64,000 bases of DNA, taken from Marsupella aquatica. Taxonomy: Eukaryota > Plantae > Marchantiophyta. The stretch's first letter is position 1. The number at the start of each line of letters is the position of its first letter. The notes beneath the pieces were generated by a model, which was not told where the DNA came from, did no database searches, and saw only the letters and a program-made list of their open reading frames with translations. The position numbers and the translations under genes are program-made. This document shows positions 37,701 to 49,862 of the stretch, in pieces. The stretch lies in contig OZ316891.1 of NCBI GenBank assembly GCA_973895155.1, forward strand, positions 20,906,169 through 20,970,168, in the 5' to 3' direction.

Positions 37701-40700
37701 ACCCACCGAAAGTAAACGTGAAGTCTTGTGGACCGAGAAATGAAACACATTAAATTGATTGCCGAATTCAGAGAGGGTACAAAGCAAATGGACTACTCAG
37801 TCTGCAGCCTATATTTGCAGTCTTTTAGCCACACCATGTCCTACATTCACAAGGTTGATGAAAAACAAGGGAGTAGAGAGATAACTGAGTTTAATGCACA
37901 CTTGTGTGAAACCATGAGAATTGAGGAGGGTTCACAAACTGGAATGAGTTCAGACAAAGGAGAAGGGGGCATAGGGAGAGGCTATTCCGCGTGTAGCAAC
38001 TGTCACGAAGAGAATGAATGAATATCAAGTCTAAAAGGACCTACCAGAGCCAAAAAGACCCAGTGATGTCCAAGAATTGGGCGTCAGAAATCCGGAAGAC
38101 GGTGAACATAGGAGACTAACGAGGAACCAGATCGAGAACCCTGCTGAGCTGTAAAGCAGCGTTGTTGTTTCCTTCCACGGGTGACGACGCGACTGTGTCC
38201 TAATCTAATGTCCATTTACTGTCTACTTACAGACTGCAGTGGTGACATAAGACGAAAATCGGAATGTCCGAAAGACCTTCAATGTCTAGGGAGAGAAACT
38301 ACTCGCGAAGCGATTTGTGAGAGCCTCCCAGTTGTACAGCTCAGTCTCCGATGAACCATACTGGAAACACCTAATTACCGCGAGCACTTAACAGAACACT
38401 TACCCATGTAGAACACAGTCACCACGTCTCATGGCAGTAGACAACAAACTGGTACATCAAATTTAGAAAGCGAGAGCAGCAAAGGAAGAAAAAGAGAAAA
38501 TGGAAACAAAAGGAAGAGAAAAAGGGGAAGATACAGGTACAGTAGATATACACTTTCTCAATGGAGCCTTTATCATAGGTCAAGTTCAGCTTAGTTTGAT
38601 TTTCAAGAAGAGTGAAATCTGATTTAGAAGCATTTGACAGTCCTTGCCATAGTACCAAAGGAAGAAAGGAGGAGAAAACCGGAAAATAAAGAGGAAAGAG
38701 AAGAGAGGAGAAAGGTAAGTAGAGATCACTTCCCAGCCATTTTCTTGAAGGGACCTTGGACATCAGGCAAAACTCATGGAAGCAGGGAGAAGAACCAGGT
38801 CAGGCCCATAATACTGCTTTCATTTCAGAACCCACACTTAGTACAACCCTAGGTGAAGTGAGGCAGTACCGAGATCAGAGTGGAGTTGAAGAAGAAAGTG
38901 CTGTAGAAAGAAGGAGAGCGCGAAATTGGGAGTGTTCAGAATCCGCCGGGGGTACTTAGCAGATACCAGAGTTACAAACTAGGAATGAGGCAGAAAGATA
39001 GTGACATACCTGCACCGGAAGAGATACCATGCGAGTATCCATTAGGATTGAACGCATCATATGGGGACCTTGAAAGGCCACCTGCAGAACCCATTCCATC
39101 GTAGCTCCCCAGAGGTAATCCACCTCCTGGGCCTACCATGTCATAACCTGACCTGGGAATTACACCTGTATGATTTCCTGAATCGTATGAAGACTTTGGA
39201 AGTCCATTCATTGAGCTTAGGCCATCGTATGAAGATCTTTGACCTCCAATACCTGCATTTCCGGCATCAAACCCAGGTCTTGGCAGACCATTTGCCGCGT
39301 TAATGGCATCAAAGCCAGACCTGGAAAGCCCGGATGCCGGATTCATCGAGTCATAACCAGACCTTGGCAAGTTCATGGTTGGGCTAAGAGAACTCAGGGT
39401 ATCATAAGGTGACAGTGGGAGTCCATTGGCGGTCTGAATATGCATCCCTCTTTGTCCAATTAGCTCCCCTCGTTGTCCAAGTGGGTCTCCTCGTTGGCCG
39501 ATGATTTCCCCTCTCGGCCCAATCAATTCTCCTCTTTGTCCAATCAACTCCCCTCTCTGTCCAATCAGCTCCCCCCTAGGTCCAATAATCATATCTCCTC
39601 GCGGTCCAATTACGTCACCTCGTTGTCCCATCAGCTCTCTTTGTCCAAGCAGGTCACCTCGTTGCCCGGCCAGATCTCTATGACCAATTAGTTCCCCTCT
39701 TTGCCCAATCAGGTCCCCTCGTGGACCTATTAGATCCCCTCTTGGAATCAGTGGCTCTCCTCTCGGCCCAATCAGATCCCCTCTAAGGCCAATAAGCTCC
39801 CCTCTCGGGCCATATACCTCTCCTCTCTGCCCTATAAAATCACCTCTCTGATGAAGTAACTCTCCTCTTTGACCAAAAAATTCTCCTCTCTGACCAAGTA
39901 TCTCCCCTCTTGAACCAAGCAATTCTCCTCTAGGACCAATCGCATCAACTCTCTGACCAAGTAACTCCCCTCTGGCCCCAAGCAGTTGATCTGGCGAACC
40001 CAGAAGCGCCTGCCCATAACCCTGTTCAATCAACAGCAAACAATGTGAGAATTCTTTCACATTGCTTTACCACACACGACATCCTTGAAGGCTTACTGGG
40101 ACCTTGCATTGATTCAACCCCTGGATAGCCTCTTTGCTTCCCTGAAGGTCAGCATTTCAACATGCACTACTACAGCAGATACTGGAACAAAAAAGGGACT
40201 ACGGGGTCAGCTTCCCGCGACCACTATACACAAAACGGCTTGAAACAGCTCATCGTCACATGACCCAGACTGAAGTTGCCTCCATACCTGGGATAAGGGC
40301 AAAGGCAAATGTCCTCCTCTTTGGAACTGTACTACACCTCCCCATGGGTCTGCGATAAGAGAATGCAGCAATAAACAACGATCAAACACAAAATCCACTG
40401 GAAACATGAATGCACTCGATTGAGACATTTGCAAACTTCCTTTTGATATCCAAAACCAACTGACTTGGAGGACCAGCCTTACCTCCTGAGAACGAGCCAC
40501 CAGGCTGTCCATGAACCCTCCCTAGCCCAAAGTTGTGCGGTCCTTGTCGATGCGCAGGCTTTGGCACAGAGGCTTTGTCCTTCAGCAAAATCTTTTCTGC
40601 CTCTTGCCTCTGTGTCTCTACAAACCATACCTGTAAATAATGTCAAAACCTGCTCATGTCAGCAGGACGTCATCTAAACAATTATAGACAATTCTTCATT

Positions 40701-43151
40701 ATTAAGATCGCGGAGTACATTTTAGTCTCAGAGGTACCGTGATTTGAGTACCCACCTCGTCAAATGGTTCATCGGACTTTGCCATATCCTTGCTCTTTGG
40801 CAGAACAAAGTTTGCTGCACAAGTACAAAGATGGTATTAAAAACACTTCTCCAGAATTAATGATATGCACAAGCCAACCATCTATGATCTAGAGAAAATG
40901 ACATGGAGTGAAAACTAAGTGACATCCAGTTGGTTATGTATCCATACCCTTCATTTCATTGACAGCCTCTATAGGGACCTCTTTTCCCAAATCCTTCGCT
41001 CTTGCAATTGTCCTTTGGGCATGTTCTTCTGCCTTTGGAACAACTACGACAGCTATCTGATTCAAACATGAGTGCAACCTTGTGAATATCCAAGACAATA
41101 TTACACGTGCTTGGAAAAAGAGTTTGCGGCTAATCTCAGAGAACTTACAAATTTTACTATGTGGTGAGAATGCAACCACATTACTAAGATACTAGTAGTT
41201 TCAAGAACAAGGGGTTTTGGAAGCAGTGACTTCCATTTCATTTTCATGTTTGAGAATAGGGCACATAACCCTCCAAAAAATGAGCCAAAATTTAGAAAGG
41301 AAAACTTGAGTGCACTTAACACCTTTCTGAACACCGAGAATGGCCTTAATTTGCGCTTCCGCGCACTAAGATAGACATTTGTTTGATCTATGATGTAGTT
41401 GCGGGGTGTTAAAGCCGCTCTCTCGAGTAAGGTGTTGAAGATTTCAGTGGCCCGTGACATTAGAAGATCCCAGCGTTGGGCGTAATTCTGTTTCCTCTGC
41501 AAACCAGGGACCTGCGCACAGATCCACCGATGAGCTCTTCCTTAAGGTAAGAAACGAAAAGACTAAAGAATAAAACTGAAATACATATTGTGCTGACCGA
41601 GCACACCTTCATCTGATCCAGAGCCAGATTTGTCCCGATGATCACATAGCGTTTATCAGGATGATCTCGACTCCAATTCTCAGCCCATGTAGTTTTACCA
41701 GAGGCAGGCAATCCAACCATCATCAAGACCTCGCACTCGCTCTTATTTCCAGTTCTCGGGCCATCCATGGCAAGTCCATCTTCCACTGCTGTATCCCAGG
41801 CCTTATATCCCTGCGTTGGGACCAAGCCATCGCTAACACTGAACTGCATTTGCACTGTGACATTCTTCAAAAGGACATGCGGAAACAGAGCCCGAGACCA
41901 TGGCAATCCTTGTCCACTGACAGGTTCTGTTACACCAACTCCGCCTGGTCCCGCATCGAACTCTTTCGCAACTCCGAAAAATTTGCCGTTCTTAGAGAAG
42001 GATATCTTGGCCATAGGTTTGCTTTCTAAATCTACGTAACACACAAGAGTATCCCCCACAGTGAACTTATCTCCGTAATCCTTGAAATTTCCCCCTGTCG
42101 AAAACTTTCCTGAACCGCCATATCCAAAACTGTGCTTGCTTTCTCCCAAGCACGCAACATCTGAGTCCCCTCGAGAAACACCTAGCCTACATAGGTTCTT
42201 TTGGTCGTCCGCAGTATCCGGCATGTCGACTTTCTGTATTCCCGTGATTTTGCACCCAAAACAGTAACGACCACTTAAAACACCAAGATTGGCCCGAGCT
42301 CCCGACCAGCAGTAGCCAAAGCCTTTCTCATGCAGAGCGCTACCAGCCAGTCCATTTCCATTGACGTTAAAATCTGAAAAACAACTTCCACGACAATGAG
42401 AATCTCTCCGGAATGTTACTTACGCGATTGGGAAATATTTCCACATTTAAAAATTGGGCACATCCGACGTGAGCGGACTTTAAGCGCCACACTCAGGGTC
42501 AAAAACTGCCTCCGCAAAAATGGGACCAATTACAACACAAGGATTAGGACGGAGAACCCGCCTAGTTACTTGCAAAACACGAATTTCACAAGCAGGAAGA
42601 ACACTGACGTGACGAACGTCTCACGGGAATATCAGGTCTTGTAAAATATGCAAAGACTTGTGTTATCCCAGATACGGGCCCAGAGATAAGCAATTCTATG
42701 GTAGGTTTGAACTTGTGATGTATGATGCCATGACCAGCAAGCACGTCAATGAAACAAACGCGGCAAACTGTAAAAAAACCAGGAATAGCTCTCCACGCAA
42801 TGATACGGGACACAAGACAAAACCCTAGTTATGCACTTATCTTCGACATCACTAGGAACTTTTCATCGTTGCCCTAAAGCTTCTAGAGACTCGCAGGACA
42901 CAAGGACCAAGAAGGGAAACGAACAAGGGAAATCCAAGGGGCGAACTCGCATGAAAAACTTCGTGACAGTGTGCAGACCAATCACCTAAATTGCAGTCCG
43001 CAGGATTCAGTACTATCCGCAACTTCGTCCTCTTGGCATCTCGCTCTTCCTCTAGATCCGAGGCCGCCGGTCGCCTCCTGTTGTTTGCACCATCGTCCTG
43101 CCGAGGGTCTAACCGACCATCCGGACGAGCATCCTGGCGTGCAGCCGCCAT
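34775..43151 (-). CDS. HNRNPUL1: hnRNP U-like protein (SPRY/B30.2 + AAA_33 P-loop + repeat C-terminus), ~882 aa
   Basis: Exons 43151-42986, 42373-41607, 41511-41323, 41056-40948, 40814-40756, 40630-40483, 40349-40288, 40021-39010, 34911-34775; all phases are compatible. Motifs YCWSGARAN, LGESKHSFGYGGSGK, FPHVLLKN, MMVGLPASGKTTWA, RNYIIDQTNVY. The last exon is the least certain. Confidence 0.9.
39446..39988 (-). repeat. coding 21-bp repeat, 26 x [DE]-x-x-G-[QP]-R-G heptad
   Basis: Translation QLLGARG ELLGQRV DAIGPRG ... ELIGQRG, 181 aa. Confidence 0.95.
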
Positions 43152-43909
43152 ATAAACCAGCTACGACAACTACTTTTCGTCCCTTACCCTCAATTCCTTC
43201 ACTAATCGCTAACACTCTGCAGTGCAACGAGCCCCTCAATTTAGTTCAGCTAAACCGTCTGTCTCATCAGAAGAGACCACAACATCTACAAAAGGAATGC
43301 CATGATCACTCAAGAGAAAACGCAAAAGACATCCTTCGATAAAGCGCCTACCAGTACAGAAAAACTACCAAAACATTGCACAACCTACTAATTCTCTGGA
43401 CGGCCTACTTGAATCCTCCCAGCTCCTCCGTCCCTCACTCCGCGCACCGAGCTTCCGAACTTGCACGAAATACCCGACATCCGAGAGCGCATAGATGAGG
43501 AAACAGGAGAGGAAGATCGGACATAATCAACGAAATCAGAGAAAAGATCGAACAGAACGATTAGAGGAGATGAAAATGTGCGGAATCAGAGAAATCGGAG
43601 AGCAGATTGGAGAGGAAGATGTACAGAATCGACGAAACCGGAAAATGTACATAACCAAAAAGCTCGGAGAGGAGAGTGGAGAGGACGATGTACAGAATCG
43701 ACGAAAGCGGAGAAGAAATTGGAGAGGAAAATGCACGAAATCGAAAGGAAGGAACAAGGTTCGGCGTCGTCGATACCCGCCTCATAACTGTTACGGACTT
43801 CAGTTTCTTAACTCCCAAGGGTCCCGAACTGTGGTTACCGGATTCGCAATGTGGTTAGCGCAAATAATAAATAATTAAAACCAGATTGGCGCTCAAAATT
43901 CGACTTCGA

Positions 43910-44270
43910 ATCTGAAGGCCCCCATGGACCACGAGGTTAGTCTTTGAAACCCCGATGGACCACGAGGTTGGTCTTTGAAACCCCGATGGACCACATCACC
44001 CAAAATTTGAGTGATTGTAATAACTTTACACTCAAAAAGTCAGAAATTTTTAGTTTTGAGATACGATTTTTAGTATTTGGAGACTAAAGATGTCAATTAT
44101 GTCACATTGTGTATATGAAAGTTCACCTGCATAACCAGGGAAACCATACATGAAAAGTGTCTCGGAATTTTTGAGTTTGAATATCTTTAGTGGCATTGTA
44201 TTTGAAAGTTGTTTGAGGATGTGCTAGTGGAGTAGCTCACCCCCAAACTCACCATGGACCCCCAAAATGT
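43910..44270. repeat. dispersed repeat with subterminal ccatggaccac/gtctttgaaacccc units; related copy at ~56132-56300
   Basis: tctgaa..cccatgga.cac.agg.t.gtctttgaaacccc occurs at both loci with colinear downstream sequence. Confidence 0.7.
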
Positions 44271-46559
44271 GATCCACAATTAGTAACTAGACTTAAGAGT
44301 TAATGTCTAACACTGGCTTCACATTTCATAGGAGGAGAACTAAAAACATAGTGAGTTCATGCTGGTTGATTGGCTAATTGAGCTCTCCACTGCAACACTG
44401 CATCCAGACAATCATGTTGGCACACTTCTGAATACTCTCCATGGAGGGATTATTGCCCGGGTTTGAGAGAAGCTCCCTGTTCTACTTGTCATTTGTCCGA
44501 AGTCCATCTCTAGAACTATGGGACTGTTGTTTAGGCACGGATATAGGTTGAGTCCTGAAATTCAAATGGAGGGTGAAATTTCCTGGACAGCCGCAGATTT
44601 GCTTCGCTCAAAGGCCGTCTTGCATGTAGGATGCCCAAACAAAGCTCTGGGTTACAAATTGGGATGAGCTTGAATGCACATTCTTTCAATATCTACAAGG
44701 GTGAGACCAAAACACCTTGCAGAGGAATCTATATTATTCCCCTTAGTCTTTGCCTCCATCTGTGTTTGAGGTATTCACTTTCAGTTTTGTCCTTATCTAG
44801 AATTGTGGTCTAGAGGATTCACTCTCCAAGTTTAGATTCCAACTCTAGTTTCTGTTGTGCGCGCTTTATAAGTAAGACTTTCCCAAAATCCTGGAACAAA
44901 TTGGCAACTTAGGATGCAGTGAGTCTAATGTGGAAAAAATGATAAGTCTTGGGCACTTCCCCTATGGGCTGGTGTCTTAGAGGGAACTTCCCCTTATATA
45001 CGGACCGGCACCTTAGAGGCCAGTGCATGGAAAGTGGGAAAAGGGAGAAGTTTTGGACACTTTCCCTTTATATATGGGCGATTGCGGTTTGAATAAAGGA
45101 CAGGAGCATCTGATTTTGCGCAGTTATTAACCCTACACCAAGTCCTTAGGCAAGCCTGACTCCATTTATTGTTAAGAACCAGTGGCAAAGGGGAACTTTC
45201 CATCTCTTGAGCTCCCTCAAACACTATAATATGGAATCTCACCAATTTATTCCCATCGGGACCAATCATCCATTCATGAAATGCAATCTAGGAGGGAAGC
45301 AGTTCACACTGTTTTATTGCAGACTATATTTGGAGTGCCAATGGTGTGTTTTGAGTGCCACTAGGGCCTCAAACCAAGGCCATAATCCAAATTAAGTCCG
45401 GGCCACGGGACTTATCCCGTAACACAGCCCACGGGAGCTGCTCATGGGAATTGAAAAACGGGGGGAGTTAGGTTTGACCAGCCCCGTATGGCTCTGATTA
45501 CAGCCTAAAGCCCGTTTTATTTATGGGCTCCATTTCCCCTCCCGCTCGGTATGCCCCGACCCAAACCAGCCATAAATTGCCACGTCGGGTGGCTAGTGCA
45601 GAAAAAGTAGACTGGGGCAAGGATGGTCTTAAATGGGATGAGGATGCGGGGATGGGTTGTCGGTCACATGCACTGTTGTGTGTACGGAGGAGAAAGAGGG
45701 AGCACAAAGTGCTTGAGAATGGCAGGACGGGTGGCAGGAGGGACAAAAAGAAAGTAGGAGGGAATAAGGTGAAGTAAGCATGTGTGCTGGTTGTGGGGTA
45801 CTAGCAGTGGAGTGAGTAAAATGGTGTGGGGGACACACTACAAAGACATGTTTGGTATAAAGCCAAGATGGAGAAGAGACAGTACACAATGGAGTACAAA
45901 GGCATGTCTGGTACAAAGCAAAGGCAGAGGAGAGAAAGTACACACTTAAGTACAAAGTCATGTCCAGTGAAAAGCAAACAAGTTTTAGACACCCCAAGAA
46001 TGAAGTCACAATTCTTTTCTTTTTATGATATGTAATTTTATTTTTTGTCTTTAGAGGAAGGATGCATGGATAAACTTTATTCCAAAAGAGGATGAGGAGA
46101 CTAAATATCTCAATTTTTGCCTTCGAAAATCATTTTGAATTCCATCCAAAAGACTACATACAACAGAGTGGCCCAAAGGGCAACACCAAGGGGGACCAGA
46201 GGTCAGAAGTGCAAAACTAAACCGGGGGGGGGGGGGCAAGGGGGGCACCAGGACTGATGACAGGCCTTCCTAAGGAAGACAGCAAGACAAGAAATTTAAC
46301 TACTACAATAGTAGGAGAAGCACACTCCACATGACTGGCCAGTGCTTAGGTACCGGCAGGGTACCATTCAGTGGTTCCGTGATAGAGCTACGTTACTATC
46401 GGTCAGGGCTACGGTGAGGCATCTGATCCTGTGGGACAAGTTGAGTTCATGGCGGGCAAGGTGGGACTGGTGGTACCTACAATTTGTTCACATGAACTGC
46501 CCAAAGACCTGAATAAGCACCGTAATCAAATATCCCAATTCCCCACTGCAAAAGAGAGG

Positions 46560-48450
46560 TTTTTTAAATGTATGTTTTTGATAGGGAATGATTTTTCTAA
46601 TTTTTAGTCATCTTTCTTAAGAGGGGGGCTATTCCTTTTACCTCAAACAAATGTACGGACATGCTTTCACATATAAAATATGAGTATTTTGGACTCATAC
46701 CTACATTTACGCACCTAAGTAAATATAGTATTTTTCTGATCAAGCACCACCATTTGATCTTAATGCTAAGAGATGCTAGCACATCCACCACTCAAATAAA
46801 CTACCCTAGATCTGACGGTCACCATAAGAGTTCTGGACCCCACAAAGAAAACCTAAAATATCTCATGTCCTATGAAACCTTCTTTAAAGCACATTGTTCA
46901 CTCTTTACATTTATTCTTTAGGCACAACACTCTCGTATCTTGCATTGACGCACTTTCTGACTGAACTTTGTCATACACATCATTTCCAATGCTCTGTTCA
47001 CATACTGCACAACTTGGGCCAGGACATTCTCCTACCATATACCCCGTGCCTTGTGCTCTGCCCCAATAGATTCTTGTGGTACATTTTTTCTGAGTACCTC
47101 ACACTCAAGGTGTTTAAATCAATCAATATGATTTTTCACACAAATCCAGTACATGAAAAATGGCCCAGGCGCAGTAGGTATGGCCTACTTTCTTCTTTTT
47201 ATGCTATATGATTTCATTTACATTTCTTGTGCTAGCCCTAAACTGATTACACGTCTCCCCATTACCGCCTGGGCTTTGGTAGCAGAAACGTGTAGCTTGA
47301 ATCTGTCCCGAGTTTGATTGGATTCACCCCATGGATGGGGGCTGAAAGACGGCCATGGGGCTTGCAATCTAGCCCATGTCACCTACATTTCAGTTCAAGA
47401 TGATGGTCTACATCAATCTGTATGACAGACAAATAGGATGAACCACTAACTCACAACTTGATCTAATCAAGACAAGTCGTTATTGTAAAGAAAATATATT
47501 TTTTCTTCAATGATTGTTTCGATACTAACCTATGCTAATTTCTTTCTGGTGCTGTCATCCACATGCAGAGTTACTCATGTGCTAACACTAGTGACATACT
47601 TTTTCTCCCAATACTTTTCTAACTTTGATTAAGTGCCTTTCATGGATGTATGAATACATGCGTCACATATTGCTCTGTTTTGTCTTATAAAGACTACCTC
47701 TATTACAACACCTGCCATGATGCCACAACTTTGTCTTTTCACATTATTAGTTACTTAGAATATCGTTCATATTCGTGTGACTCACTTGTTAGCTTCTTGT
47801 TAACCCTCCACTATCCTCCCATGATAAACCATGTGCTTTCAGTAACTTGTGTTTGTCTGACAATAATGATCTAGTGCATATAAATCATATATGATAAAAA
47901 TATTTCCTCTATCAATCTGTGTGACTAAGCCATGAGATGTGTGTGGATATGGTTTTGTCTTGACATGGCCTTGATTGGTGTGTGTATACATTATTCTTTA
48001 TGATCTCTCTCTTATTTGCACGATCTCTTTTCCGCTCAACATCTTTTTGCCTTGATATGTTTTTGGTTTGACGTCTATTCCAAGTATAGAGATTTTTTTT
48101 GCGAGACATGTTTTGTTTGACACCTTACCCACCCAATAACATATTTGCTTCATGTCTTTTCCAAACTGGAGATGTTTTCCAGTTGACATCTTTCATCTTC
48201 ATGAATTTGTGCATCGCACGAGCATCGGGCTATCAAACATTATAATCAGCAATCCCTCCAAAATGGGGGATGGGCTCTTCACAAATAGGAAAAATTCAGA
48301 AGAAAATCCTAGCTGTTCTCCAAATATGAGTTTTGGGCATTGTCTCACTTGCCTGCTTGAGCTACCCATAGAGTGGTTTTCCATCGCACAAGCTGGTACT
48401 AAACATTGAATGCCCTATTAGTATTTTCAGTTTTTTACTACATTGTCACT
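46560..48450 (-). mobile_element. degenerate Penelope-like element remnant
   Basis: Minus-strand fragments MGSSS..NSYLEN, KISILGIDV, VYTH..KPYPHTS (RT/thumb-like) and CLIRKILYLLRCVN...YFICES (GIY-YIG-like). Confidence 0.4.
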
Positions 48451-48502
48451 AAAGTTGTGGCAATTTACAATACTGCCACTGTTTGTTTAGTATTTATAAT
48501 TA

Positions 48503-48540
48503 CTAGCCCCGACTACCCGTTCTTTGAACGTGAATAGCGG
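48503..48540 (-). mobile_element. Helitron 3' terminus
   Basis: Minus strand cacgttc-aaa-gaacggg hairpin followed by ggggCTAG|T. Confidence 0.65.
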
Positions 48541-49169
48541 AGAGGACAATAAAAGAATTATCAAAATATATTTTCTATTCATATTGTTTAAAGGTTAATG
48601 AAATGATAAAAAAAATTATCATTTTAATAGTCATATATAATATATTATTCTCTTGTATGTGCACATCAGTCTTTTTGTATGCACATCCATCTTTTATGCA
48701 CATATGTTGTGGTGGGGCCATAGTGTTTATATTTTTTGAATGTAAATAATTAAAAATTATTATAAAAATTTGACATGTACATACATCATAATGTCATGAG
48801 TTTCTCCCATGCACATGATGACCATAGAGTTACGGTCTAGAGGCTTCACTCTAGACCTAGGCTCTTAAGAATAGAGTTCAGTTGGCGCTTTTATATTAAG
48901 ATGCCACTATTTTTGTATAGGGTTAACCCAGGACAAAGAAGGGTTAACCATAGGTCAATTTCCATCCAATTTTACACACACATGACGTGAAGATCTTTTC
49001 CGTCCGCACTGTCCATGACCGGTATCACGTCTTGTCGACAGGGAACATTCAACTTTTTCAAAATAGTCGAGAAGGTGGGTTTCCAGTCTAGAATGGTTCA
49101 ATGCTGAAAGATCTTAGAAGATGCAATGTAGACTTCTTAACATAATTATGTAATGGTACACAACAAATA

Positions 49170-49862
49170 GTTCATTCAATCAATTATCATTGAGGTGCAA
49201 GTCCTTGCAGGGAAAAACATGCAAGACACGTTACATTTGTCTCACATATTCCATTGACGTCAGATAATGGAATTCCTTTCATGTTACAACCTTGGAGTTC
49301 AAATTCCAGTTAGACATATGCCATGAGCACACCATCAACAAGGCAGAAGGTCACACCTTAGAACATGCAGGGTGCACTTTCTTAGTTAGTGTTAGTCATG
49401 GCCAATTAAAAGCTCTCCTTTGAAAAGCAATGTGGTCATGGGCATCTTTAGCAAGGGTACAAGTATTACTTCCAGATATTGAAGACCGTAAAGTTAATAT
49501 GATGAAGTTCTCTAGTTAAATGAGTGAAGACTTCATCATGTGTAGCCTCTTCATTTTTTTCAATGTTGACTATGTTTTCCTTCACTTTGTACATTGTAAT
49601 TTCTTATGCAAAAACTTGTTATTCACTAACCCACATCTTTTGCACAACCACATCTTTTATGTAACGGCACCTTTTAAGCAATGAAACCCTAAAGGCAACA
49701 ACCTTTTGTGGAACAACCTCTTTCATGAAATGACCTCTTTTATGCAACTTCTTTGACATAACAACAAGAGTACACAACAACATCATTTCCGCAACATATT
49801 TTACATAATGTCATCTCTTGGACAACTATATATTTTGCACATTGCATTGGTATTGAGCTACT
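49170..49862 (+). mobile_element. Helitron remnant with PIF1-like helicase C-terminal fragment and 3' end
   Basis: Frameshifted IIEVQVLAG..HIPLT..IPFML..QIPVR..TINKAEGHTLEHAG..SHGQL resembles RepHel QFPVRxxFAMTINKSQGQTL...SHGQL; 3' end tgcacattgcattggtattgagcta. Confidence 0.8.

Noticed and set aside
39446-39988. Collagen-like repeat
   Set aside because: The period is 7 residues, not Gly-X-Y.
43495-43878. Basic/acidic ORFs upstream of the hnRNP U-like gene
   Set aside because: They derive from the pyrimidine-rich 5' UTR/promoter of the minus-strand gene.
46250-46300. CTGATGA plus short hairpin resembling a hammerhead ribozyme
   Set aside because: GAAA does not follow stem II and stems I and III do not pair.
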